Shown one piece after another: positions 46,001 through 57,700 of a stretch of DNA of 64,000 bases; positions within the stretch are counted from its first letter, which is position 1; every line of letters starts with the position of its first letter. The position numbers and the translations under genes were made by a program. The notes under the pieces are model-generated. The model was given only the letters and a program-made list of their open reading frames with translations. It was not told the DNA's origin and made no database searches. The DNA comes from Amphiscolops sp. MND2022 (Eukaryota): the NCBI GenBank assembly GCA_964187785.1, contig OZ076409.1, forward strand, positions 97,590,001-97,654,000, given 5' to 3'.

Positions 46001-47940
46001 AAGATTCCACTTTACAACCAGCACTGTTTAACATCGTGTTATTTTGCAGTAATTTATAAATTTTCCTCCACTTACCAAGGTTTACAATATTTATTTTTTG
46101 GGAGCGTTAGTGACACTGCAAGGAGGCGCTGCAGCTTGCAGCGTATATGAGACCCTTTCCAACTCTTCCCGACTCGCCCTCCTCTTAACAAAACTAAAGA
46201 TCCAAAACTAAAAAGTGATATAAAATATAAAACGTGCCTCAGATATGTCCCCATTTCCTCTAGTGCCCTGCGGCTCCTTGGGGCCGCTTATATTCCCATC
46301 TTGCTAAGCGAGGTCGAACAGGAGCAAAGACCTAGCGGGAACGGAGATCGCGAAGCGATCGTAGTGGGAGCTGGTCTTTGCGACGGTGAGGGCGAGCGTG
46401 CATACATCGCATATGCCCCACATTATATTTCGCTTTCAGAACACATATTAGATCATAAAGGGATTAGACCTAAGTATTTTAGATGAAATTAGATCAAGAA
46501 AATTAAACCTAACAGTTAGATCTAATTCCATTAGACCCAAGCAATTAGATCAAAGGCGTACACTCCCTTCATGATCGACGATCATTCAAGGATCTTGGGA
46601 AGTTTTTCGAGGTAGAAGATAGTTCAAAGATTTTCGGAAACTCTTCGAGATCAAAAATAGTTCGAGGATCTATAGATAATCGAGATCAAATATGAATCAA
46701 AACTTTAGGAAGATATTCGAGATCAAAGATCATTCAAGACTCTTCGGAAGATCTTCCATATCACAGATCAGTCACGGATCTGCGGAAGATCTCCGATATT
46801 AAAGGCCTTTCAAGGACAAAGATATTCGGAAATTTTTGAAGTCAAAGATCTTTCAAAGATTTTTGGAAGATCCTCGAGATCAACCATCATTCGAGGAGCT
46901 TTAGATAATAGAGATTGAAGATTTTTCAAGGACCTTCCCAAGATCTTCGAGATCAAATATTATTCAAGGATATTCGAGATTAAAGGTCAATCAAATATCT
47001 TCGTAATATCTTCGAGATGGATGATCCTCCTATAGTCTTCGGAACATCTTCGAGATCAAAGGTCACTCGAGGATGTTCAGAAGTTCTTCGAGATCAAAGG
47101 TCTTTCAGGGATCCTCGAAAGATCTTTGCCAACAAAGATCATTCGAGGATCTTCGGAAGAGCTTCGAGTTCAAAGGTCGTCCAAGGACCTTCGGAAGATC
47201 TTCGAGATGAAAACCCATTCAAGGATCTTTGCAAGATCGTCGAGATCAAAAATTATTCAAGGGTCTTCAGAAGTTCTTCAATATCGAAGGGCACTCAAGG
47301 ATTTCCGGAAGATCTATGAGATCAAAGATCATTCAAGGACCTTCGGAATATCTTCAATATCAAATATCATTCAAGGATCTTTTTGTAACAGTTTACCGCA
47401 AAACACAAGATGTTACTTCAGAAGAGCAATTTTGCTGTCTTTCGGACATAGGGGTTTGCTAGTTGATATAATCCGGGTTTTGCATTTGCTCCTTGACGAA
47501 AAAACATTTGATTATCTGAAGAAACAAGTTGGGGTATACAAACTGAATTCAAACAAAGCACCAAAATGGGCTATATAAGAACAAAAGTAAGCTTTGCCCT
47601 ACTGAAAAGCTCCGTTCTCTGGCTCCGTGGATGCCGTTTAGTCAAACGACAACCTGAAATCATTGATTCTGCGATCTGTGCAATAGTGGAAGAGGGAAGA
47701 CTGTCCTAGTGGCACCAGCACATGGTATCCCCGACGTGCATTTGTTTGCAAGATTCCACTTTACAACGAGCACTGTTTAACATCGTGTTATTTTGCAGTA
47801 ATTTATAAATTTTCCTCCACTTACCAAGGTTTACAATATTTATTTTTTGGGAGCGTTAGTGACACTGCAAGGAGGCGCTGCAGCTTGCAGCGTATATGAG
47901 ACCCTTTCCAACTCTTCCCGACTCGCCCTCCTCTTAACAA
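42698..47940 (+). repeat. Tandem triplication, unit ~1750 bp
   Basis: Near-identical blocks offset by 1750/1749 nt (ORFs at 43518/45268/47017 and 43730/45480/47229). Confidence 0.95.
43990..44340 (+). mobile_element. 3' end of a restriction-like-endonuclease (CRE-like) non-LTR retrotransposon; repeated at ~45740-46090 and ~47490-47840
   Basis: Translation MGYIRTKVSFALLKSSVLWLRGCR...IDSAIGAIVEEGRLS* resembles the C-terminus of CRE-type ORFs. Confidence 0.62.
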
Positions 47941-47959
47941 CGGGCTCATTTCTTAGTTT

Positions 47960-48560
47960 GCACCAACATGAAAAATGGGTTTCAGTACGCACGGTCTTTT
48001 TTCAACAGAAAAAAACTAAAGCACCAAAAGAGACCATCCGTATCCATTCCCAAGACAGGATTGAGAGAGAGAGATAGAAGACTTGAATTATGTTCATCAT
48101 AACATAACTGGAATAGGATGCACCAAATATCACAATTAACAATAGCATTTCAGGAAACGAGGACAAGTGTTTCTATCATGAAAATTCAAGAAATGGCTCC
48201 AAAAAAACTTTTAGTTCCTTTGAATTCAAATTTGCTCCGCTCGAAGTTTAAAGAATAAATTTCATAAAAGAAATTCGCTAAATACATCACGAGATTAAAG
48301 CCACGCCTCGATCAACGGTACGAGTATCGATCGCGCGAGTTGACTGTAAAGATGTAGTTATTGAAGATTCGGTCCTTTCTCTACACATTAGCATGTTAAA
48401 CTGAATGATCATTCGCACATCCATTGCGCCAATCGAACTTTTTATGTCCATTTGTCTATATCTCATTTCATGAGTTTTTTGGTTGGTATCAGATGATTTT
48501 ACTGATGATGGCAATATCCTTGCCGGAAACGTTTTAATTTATCATTGGAGTTTATCTGAT
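47960..48560 (+). mobile_element. Possible Penelope-like element 3' remnant
   Basis: Weak, degraded coding-like stretch followed by a hammerhead-like motif; the protein similarity is faint. Confidence 0.3.
48491..48546 (+). ncRNA. Degenerate minimal hammerhead-ribozyme-like motif
   Basis: CTGATGA-T-GGCAA-tatcc-TTGCC-G-GAAAC-GTT: both catalytic boxes and a 5-bp stem II; stems I and III are imperfect. Confidence 0.45.
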
Positions 48561-48599
48561 TTTTAGTTCGCTAATTTCGTTCCTCTCGTGAACAAAATT

Positions 48600-51500
48600 G
48601 TTTCGGTAGTTTGCAATTGGTTTGGTTTTTGTTGGATTGACTCTCTTACATCCAGTTCTTATGGTGTCGGGTCACAAGTCCGACAGTTTTCTCGTCCAAT
48701 AAGATGTCAGCAATCCCAGTGTCGTTTAAACGTAGTTTCTTCATCAAACCAAACGCTATGTATTGGTTGTTCAGATGTTCTCTTTGTTTGGATAACAAAA
48801 AAATTGAGGAAACAACTCGAAAAGTTATAAAAGATACTATTCAAGAAATGCTACCTTCCTTAATAAAAACTGCATTGGAACAACTTGGGTGAATGGTCAA
48901 GGACAGTTACGGAACTAAACGGTGAAGTTAAGTCATTGAAACAGGACCGAATCAATGACAAACCTCGCGAAAAAGCGTTCTCCGAAACAGTAAACTCCAA
49001 TGATCCAGGGCCAGAAACTCCTAGTACTCTTGTTCTTCAAACTCAAAGATTAGACACTGTTTTTAATGACAACTCATTGGTCACTAGTTCGAAGCCAGTT
49101 TGCAAGAAACATGAAGTAAAGATGGGACAGGTGAAACTGGAACCTTAAAAGGTGTTGAGAAGCCACCTCCTCGAAAACATATTTACATTGGGCGAGTATC
49201 TACACAACATGATATCGAAACAGTTCGTAACTACTGCAAAGGAAAACAAACGGGTTTACTCCATATAAAAATATCTCGAGTGAAGAGTCCAGATATCACG
49301 TTTTTCACTGTGTGTTTGAAATGAAGGATATAGACTTAGAAGATCCTTCATTGTGGCCCAAAATGATGTCATTTGAAAGTATCGCCTGAAAGATTCATCC
49401 AGGGAATGGTTGAAAACTTTACCAAAAAATTGAAAATCAGAAGTAAAGCCAGAGTTTTCAAAATGCTCGGTGTATAATGCTAGATCAGTGAGAAACAAGA
49501 CGATGGAAATTGACTCCGCTATTCTATCCACTCAGTCACAACTGATTACCGTTACTGAAAGTTGGATCCAAACAATTGAAAAGGACGAATTTCTCATGAA
49601 AAAAGTTTGCCTCAAAGGTATATTCCATTGTCTTTTCCCAGGGAGTTTTCGACTGGTGGTGGTATTCTTCTCATACATAGAAAAGGATTGCATGAAATGG
49701 GTCGAATGAAATAGGTCGAAAAGAATTAGGTCGACCCTTTTGGTCGAATAACTTAGGTCGAATTGACTGAGGTCGAATTGGGTCGAATGGACTTGGGTCG
49801 AAATCAATATGTTGTCTCCCTTGAACTTGGCATTTTTCAAGGTCGACCCAAGTCCATTCGACCCAATTCCGAAACGGTGAAGATTCGACCCATGGCACAG
49901 GAGGCCGATTCGACCCATTTCTTTCGACCCATTTCCGTTCACCCCATAGAAAAGATATTTCTATTTCTGTTTTTCAAAATTTATGCAATCAAGACTTAAA
50001 GATTGTACTTTTCGAGTACTTTCCTTAAATTTTACCATGATTTTCATCTGCTGCTATCGTCCACCCTCTGGAAACATGCAACTCTTTCTTGAAGTGTTTC
50101 ATGACTGACTTGTGAATTTTCGTCTGATAACCTCTTGTGTTGTGGCGATTTCAATATTCACGTCAATCGAATAGGTCCAGCTTCGAATGATTTTAAAGAT
50201 ATTCTCGATGAGTTTGCACTGGTACAGTCATTTGAACTACCTACTCATAAAAGTGGTAACACTCTTGGTCTTATCCTTGGACCACAAAAGTTTGAAATAT
50301 GTCTTGTTAGTGTCTCCACATCGAATCACAAATGGGTAATTTTCGATTGCCCAAAATATTTCCAGGAAAATCGTGAAAAAGTTGTTCTCAAATTCAGAAA
50401 TTTGAAAAATGTTGATCTAGCAGATTTCAATTAAGATTGTTTTTATCACATGTTGTCTGTCGTAGGGTCTCCTCTGATTGACAGTTTCTTGGGAACCCTT
50501 CAAACAATTAGTGGCCAATATGCTTCAGAAATGGAAAGAGTTATCTCGAAACACGATTGCCATTTTTACGATAATGAACAGAAAATATGTAAGAGGAAAC
50601 GGCGTCAATTAGAAAGATTATTCAGAAATACGCGGTCCACCATTGATAAACTACCTATGCAAAATGCGACAGAAAAATACTACGAGCTTTTTCATAAAAA
50701 ACGTTCCAGATTTTTTTGGAGAAGAAACCTAATGAAGCTGATATGTCGAAGCTGCAATTCGCAGCTATTGAAATCCTCCTTGGATCTAAAAAAAAGCAAA
50801 CTCTACCTTCGGTCTTCCCTCGTAGGAAATTAGCGAACAAATTTATTGATTTTTAATCCAAAATTCAGATTATTCTCAAAAACATTCCGCCAGTATTAGA
50901 GAGCTTCAAAATCCCGGCCTCTGGAGACTTTCTGGAAACCTTTGAAAACGTTGATGAGTGTCATCGAAATTTCAACCTTGTCAAAATGTGCCTTCCAGAT
51001 TTCTTAAGAAGTTGTCATTTTTCTATAACTAGATGTCTGAGATTATCAATGAGTCTTTCCTTAATGTCTTCCCCACTGCTTAATAACACGGGATAGTTAT
51101 TCCAATTGTTAAAAGTGGTGACATCAAAGAAATATCAAACTACAGACGAATCACGAATTTGCATTTCGCTTCCAAAGTTAATGAAAAGGTCATTTCTCTG
51201 CAACTCAAACGCTTTTTGGATAAACATGCAGTATTTGACGAGCATCAATCTGCGTTTAGAAAATATCAATAAACAGAGACAGCGTTATTAGATCTTACTC
51301 CAAATTTCCTATGGGGCCGGAACAACAAGAGAACATTCCTGGTGATATCCTTAGATATATCTGCAGCGTTCGGCACCGTGGATCATGAAATACTTCCGTC
51401 GATTTTATTTCAAATTGGGATTATTGGTCAGGCGCATTCCTTGACAAAATCCTACCTGAATGGTCAAACACAGTGTGTCCTCATTGATGGAAGCTACTCT

Positions 51501-52497
51501 GAGGATTATTCATTGAAACAAGTGTTCCTCAAGGATCGATCTTAGGGCCATTGCTCTTCATTCTATACTTTCTCCCTTTGAGGTCTCTACTAAAAGAATC
51601 TCTTGCTAGTTATCATATATATGCTGATGACATAACGATTTACTTAGAAATTGACCTGGGGACAAACTTTGCCAATTTTATGAAACATAAAAAGTTAATT
51701 GTCATTGTTTTGTAAAGATTCGCCGCCTTGAAATTAAAAGTAAACAGTTCGAAAACTCAATGAATGTTCGCTGCGCATCGAAGAACTCGTCTTCCTGAGA
51801 CAATCACTATCGATGGTATCAGAATTGAGATTAAAGATAGAGTCAAAGTTTTGGGAGTTACTTTGGATATTAAGTTAGGTTTCTCTTCTTTCATCAGCAG
51901 CACCTGTGCGAAGTCCTACGTATCACCTCAGAAGGAAAACATCGATTCGAAAATTTTTGTCATTCGTTATCATAAAGTTGTTGATTCTCACTTTCGTTAT
52001 CAGTAGACATGATTATTGTAACTCACTGTTATATGGTGTTCCGGACTACTTGATCAAAAAATTGTAAAGAATTCAGAATAGAGCCCGATGCCACCTTTTT
52101 CCTCAAGGAAATTCTAATGTTAACTTACTTTTGAATGACATTTTTGGCTTCCTGCTGAAAAAAGAATTAGATACAAAATCTTATGCTTCGTATACCGTCT
52201 TTATAAAGACTTGCTTGTGCCTTTTCACTTGCCGGTACTGTTTTTCAGGTACCAGCAATTTGATCAGTACGATCAGAGAAGTTCCAGAGAACGAAATTGA
52301 CCGTCAGAATTACCAACAATACCTAAGGAAAACGATGCTTCTGGGTATCAGGTGCTGAACTATGCAATTCACTACCATGTGACCTTACATTGAGCCCCTC
52401 ATATGAAACTTTCCAAGCACAATTAAAGACATACCTATTTGGATCGCTTTGAGTGTTAAAATAGCGTCATTTACAACTTCAACTTCAACTTCAAACT
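48600..52497 (+). mobile_element. Decayed L2-clade (CR1 group) LINE: ORF1 remnant, APE endonuclease and RT
   Basis: YNARS, VTESW, YRPPS, CGDFNIHV, PTHKSGNTL; LDISAAFGTVDH, VPQGSILGPLLF, YADD, ISRHDYCNSLLYG; (ACTTCA)n tail at 52475-52497; many stops and frameshifts. Confidence 0.88.
49686..49945. mobile_element. MULE-like MITE with GGTCGAA subrepeats, inserted in the L2 endonuclease
   Basis: Perfect 9-bp TSD ATAGAAAAG (49677-49685, 49946-49954); removing it restores GGGILLIHRKDI. Confidence 0.85.
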
Positions 52498-53199
52498 CTC
52501 TGCAATCTGATTGGCTGACATGGTCGAATCGGAACGAAGTCCATTCAAAGATGAAAAACTCACATATGCTCACATACTCCTAGTGCACTAAATGCAGGAG
52601 CCAAGCGAAGCGGAGCGACGTGCCATATGGCCATGCCTCAATGTTGCTACTTGACGAAGGGAGCGAAGCGACCGAGCCATACAACGAAAATGATAAGTCT
52701 TTTTCAGACTTGTCAACCCAACTTTATTTTCGGACTTGTGCAACCCCATTTTATTTTCGGACTTGTGCAACCCAAATTTATTTTCGAACTTGTGAATAGG
52801 CGCCGTTTATACGAAGAGGCGCAGCCGTGCTTCGCAACCAGTTGCGAAAAAATTGCAAATTTTTGAAGAAAACCAAATAAGCCATGTCATACAGAGAACC
52901 AAGGGTAAAAGGATTTTGTTTTTAAGATTTCATCGATTTTACAGCGCCAAAAAACACCCAAAGGGATACGCATAAATCTCGAAAACCATCCTTCCTAACT
53001 GGAAACAGCAAAAACCAGTTGTCTTTCTCAACCTAAAACCTTTCAAAACAATTAGGGGAAAGATTTAAAATTTTTTGAACAGAAATTTTTGCGAAAATCT
53101 CCGGTATGTCGCATAGTGCCAAAAACCCTGAGCAGTCCTCTATGCTCGCAAAACGTTTTGTTTTTAGTAAAATTTGAGGATATATTACTTGAGCTATTT

Positions 53200-54995
53200 T
53201 GACAGATCCAGGATTCCTTCAAATCTTTTGGAGTTTAATTGAATAATAGCATCAATCCAGTTTTCGGAGTAAATATATTGTTCGAAGAGGTCGTTTTTCC
53301 GAATATTTTTGTAACGAGGGTAAAGGTAAAGGAAGTGTTCGACTGTTTCTGTTTTCATTCGACAAAAACATAGAGGAGATTCCGCTAACAGACTTTGTAT
53401 GCATAGTCAGCAAGGTGTACATTGCATCTTGACAGTAGCTTGAAAAGATTTCTTTTTTTCTCATCAGCTGACGTTTGGGGGTATTACAATTGGTTAGATT
53501 TGAATTTTGTTCATGATCTTTTGTTCGAGGCTTTGGGTCAGAGTATTTCAGTCTCCGATTCACGATGGACTCTAGTTACGAAGTGCAGAGCTTTGAGTGT
53601 AATTTTCTGGATGTTTGTCGCTCTTTGAAAGTTACTTACTAAAATTCTGTTCACTATCAAGGCAGGGGTTTTCGACGTTTTAATCAGCATTGCCAAACTA
53701 TCTGGACGATTTTTTGCTTTTATGAAAAATTTGTTTGTGTTGAGCTCTATTTGCACGTGTAAAGGAGGAATCCAGAACGCCATAGCGCAGACTTCGGTAA
53801 CGAGTGTCAGGGGAGCTCTGTCTGAGTTCTTGAAGTTGATAGCCCTTTATGATGTTTTTCCGCCATCCATTTTATATTTCTGTTTCACACTCCATCGGTT
53901 CAATTTGTTGAGATTCATTTCTGTGTCAGTTCAAGCTGGGCAGGGTTGTTAGCCTTGATTAGTAGATTTCCATCATCAGCAAATTTGAATTTATCGCATT
54001 TCACTCCATCAAACATCGAGGTTACAAAGGAAATGAATAGAAGCGGCGATAGCACAAATACCTTGTGGGAGGCCTACACTGACGTTGAAGTGTTCGCTCC
54101 GGTACTCGTTGATTTTTATTGAGAGCAGCTTGTTTTCAGGAAGTCCTCGATGAGTCTGAATTTTTTGCTTTTGATACCGGCCTGTAACAGCAGGAACAGG
54201 AGGCCATTTAGCCAGATGGAGTCGAGGGCTTTTTCGTAATCTACTGATATGAGGGCCCCTATTTGCCTCTCTATTTTTACCATTTGAGTTTTTGTTTGGT
54301 GTCGTGTTGTTGTGCACACTTTCCGCATTTTGTCGCGAGTTTGCAAGAACTGGTTATGTGGCCAAACTTTTGGCATTTGAAGCATCTAGTCACTGTTAGG
54401 CCTTCCTTTATAAATTATTTGGTCGGAAGAATTGGTTCGCGATGAAAAGCTCAGTTATAATTGAGCGTTGTTTGACTTCCTTGTGGTGAAGTCGGCTTTA
54501 ACTGTAATGAGAATTTTACCGTCCTTTTTGATGAAGCGTTTTATCGTGAGTTCGTCTTCCTGGAAGTTGAGTTGTTGAGCAAGTTTCAATGCTATGTCTT
54601 TTTCGCTCCAGTTGGGATCCATTTTTTTAAATAACCAGCGGAGTTTGATACTTGCCTTTTGGTCTATCCACTTCAGTGTTTACTCCCTTGCATGACGGGT
54701 TCACGTTCGCTGAAATGTTTTTAGCCACTTCTGCTGTCCCAAATTCGAGTTGGATTTTTCCACGCCTGTTTCTGAAGGCATGGAGTAAAAGTTGCTTGGG
54801 GAACCACCTTGCGAACTCTCTTTTGATCTCCATGCTCTTTGCGAGTTTAATTTGGTCCGTTGTCTACAAGGAGAATCTGGTCTTTTGTGGTGTTGTTGCT
54901 TTGAAGGATTGGTCCTTTGTTTCAGATGTTTCGAGTGGCCACTGCAGAGAAAGTGCGATTTTTGTTGGTCTCTTTTACAAGGTTGTGTATTGCTC
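53200..54995 (-). mobile_element. Internally deleted I/Jockey-group LINE
   Basis: ORF1 knuckle RCFKCQKFGHITSSC..KCGKC abuts RT motifs VDYEKALDSIW, GLPQG..LSPLLF, KFADD; endonuclease missing. Confidence 0.78.
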
Positions 54996-55499
54996 AAGTG
55001 GGGGCTTCGATGAAAAAAAAAACAGAAAAAAAGTCGCTAGAAAAAACACCAACCTCTAAAAAATCACATATTTCGTGCTGGGCCTGAGTAAACCTAATTT
55101 CAAGACAAAAATTCTTCATTTTAATAACTCTCACACAGCCGAAATGTGTAAAAGGAGGCCCTTTGAAAACTTTTTAACATCCATTCTGTTGCAAAATTTC
55201 AAAAAATTGAAGGGGGATGCTTTGGAGACCTTGAAAGGTTTTCGGAAACAAAACAAAAAATGAGAATTTTTAGCAGTCTCATAGTGTTTAAAAGAAGGGC
55301 GGCAGACAAAGAAATCCACACAACTTAGGAAACTTGAAAAATTAGGAAACGAGATCCTGCAAGCAGAGAGTTCAATGAACCCAGGACAAATTTCAGTTCA
55401 GAAACTCAATGAGGCTCATGGAATGGTAACGATTACAAAGCAAAGAAGACTTGTATTCATTGCTGAAACAAAAGGGACAACAAACGCAGATTTACAAGT

Positions 55500-57700
55500 A
55501 CTAAAGTTCACTTGAAAGGTTTTCGTCCCGAACCGTTCCAACTACACTGGTCGCATTGCCTGCCTGGATTGCGAGGCAGAGTCTCTGCCTGAATAACGAA
55601 CTGGCTCTATTTTGATGGTTGCACACGCACAATTTTTTACAGACGTTTTTTCAAGAACGTAGACGTGGAAGGTCCAACTCCTCCCTGGATTGCAAACGCT
55701 AAGGGTTGGAAGATGTGTCCTTTGTCAGTCAAATAATCGTAATTAGCTGTTTTCAATTCCTCCGCTGCTGTGCTTGGGTTGGCAATAGACGCGTTCTCTA
55801 ATCTGATTGAGACGATCGACACAAGTAACATGCCAAACTAATTGCTTGCCCTCCTCCCAGGGCGCAAGGGTAATTCCATCTAGGCGCTTTCCGTCAGTTC
55901 GGGTCAGACCATTTGGTTCCAAATTTGAGGAAACTTTGATGGAACTCAGCGCTTGTTGCACGAGAGTATTAAAATTGTGGTGCCTCGAGAAACGTACCGA
56001 GCTTCTGGCACAGGAAAGACCAATATTTCTGTTCTCTTCGACAAGTTTACCACAACGGCAAGTGTAATGCTCGCAAAATTTCGCACCCAGCGGACGGATA
56101 ACGAGATTCGCAGTTGCTGATCTGTTAACTCCAAACCAATCTTTTTGCTTTGTACAACATTCACCCAAACTGAATCAAAAGGGTCTTGGTAAGCATTCAG
56201 TTTTTTGACTTTTTCTGCATCAAGGTCTGTTAAAATTGATCAAAAGTGGCATCGCTGAAAGGAGACTTCCAATGTTCTTGAATGAAGTCCAACAGTGCTT
56301 CTGATAGGTTCCGTCCTCGACAACCACAAATTTAAAGCTTATTTAAACGATGCATCAATATAGTCATCCGGGAGGATACACGACAGAGCACATTTGGCGA
56401 CCTCTGCTCAAGCTAAAAAAACAGTAAGCGCAATCTGGGAAGTCGATGCAATGTCAATGGCCCTTTGAAGACTGGCAGATTCGACTTTGTATAGCTGCTT
56501 TCATTAAAATTCACTTTACAGATTTTTGAGAATGTTCGCGAATAATGGAATCATACTGCCGTAGGAGGTTCAACTCTTCAAAGTAAGGTCTGGTACGAAG
56601 AAAGTATAGTAGTTTAGGTAGACTGAACAATTCTTCAACAGGTTGAAACCATAGTGAGCGTCTAATTTTGTAACGACTGAATGGCGACTCAATCATTTTT
56701 TGTTCAGCAGGATTCGACGAGCAATTGCGCCCATTGGCGACTCTAAAAGTTCCAAATCTTCAGAATCATCCTTTTAAAACTGTACAAAATTCGTCAAAAA
56801 GCACTTTGATCCTCTTTGTTGATCTTTCGGTACAATATCCGAGGATAATCAGGTAACATTTAGTTTTTTTCGAGTGATGACCTATACTCGTCGGCGCTAG
56901 CAATGATTCTTTTAAGGTCCTCAAGAACTGCCCGATAGTCATCTGAAAGATTCCCGTCGTCGAGATACCAAATATTATTTTGCAAAACCATTCGGTTAAC
57001 GAGGTCTTGAGAGTGTCAGAGAAAAGTGCTGGACCTTCGGGGTTCCCTTGCTGACAGCCCTCTTGCGATTGAATAACTCCCCCCTCGAAGAAAAGATGAA
57101 AGGTTTCGCTATCTGCAGGGTGCGTATAATTGTAAACCCGGCGTCGTTTTCGCGGCGGTGTCTAACATTTTTGAAGTCCATCTTCAGAATAACGTTTTCA
57201 GGATTCTGCTCAATCTCAATGAGGATTCGGAAAACATGTGCTGCGATAACTGCTCCACGACTTGTTCCGCAGGCCAACTACGTACTATGGAAATCAATTC
57301 GTCGTTGGTCGGCCGCGAAAGAGCTCACCATATTTTGAACATATTCGACGCAGGGTATTTCCAACTGCAATTGGTCGATTTCCGCGTCTCGAATTCTTTT
57401 TTCCGAAGACCGATACGTTTAGCACTAAAAAAACGGTCTCAAACCTACAGGTACTTCGCCCTTTAAGACAATATTTAGTACGCTTGTTAGCGTCTGGAGG
57501 AACTCGTTTCCTATGGGCCTGTTGCTACTCGCGATAAGGTCTTTGTACAACTGGGGCACAATAAGGCTTGGTCCTCCCGAAGACCCAGAGGAAAAGGAGT
57601 TGTTATTTGTTATGTTTTCTACAAAAACGCGTTTTACAAACTGGATTCTACAAGCTGTTCGTAAAACGCATACCATGATCCTTTTGAAGAAAAAAAAACC
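55500..57700 (-). mobile_element. Decayed CRE-clade non-LTR retrotransposon (RT + REL endonuclease)
   Basis: SSGGPS, PIAVGNTLRR, LKMDFKN, GCQQGNPEGPALFS, WYLDDG, PKLLYFLRT, CRCG..GLSC..RH, KRLDG..PW..G..LVWHVT, AIQAGNA. Confidence 0.88.

Larger units (their letters stand above)
38490..47380. repeat. Degenerate 38-bp satellite (GGAAGATCTTCGAGATCAAAGATCATTCAAGAATCTTC), interrupted by TEs; blocks at ~38490-38708, 42116-42559, 43067-43880, 44817-45630, 46567-47380
   Basis: Period of 38 nt read directly (e.g. 42430 to 42468); no unique spacers. Confidence 0.85.

Noticed and set aside
38490..47380. 38-bp repeats as a CRISPR array
   Set aside because: Contiguous degenerate monomers without unique spacers, no cas genes, eukaryotic context
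43518..47578. ORFs of 100-185 aa in the triplication as genes
   Set aside because: They are translations of the satellite and adjacent repeat sequence
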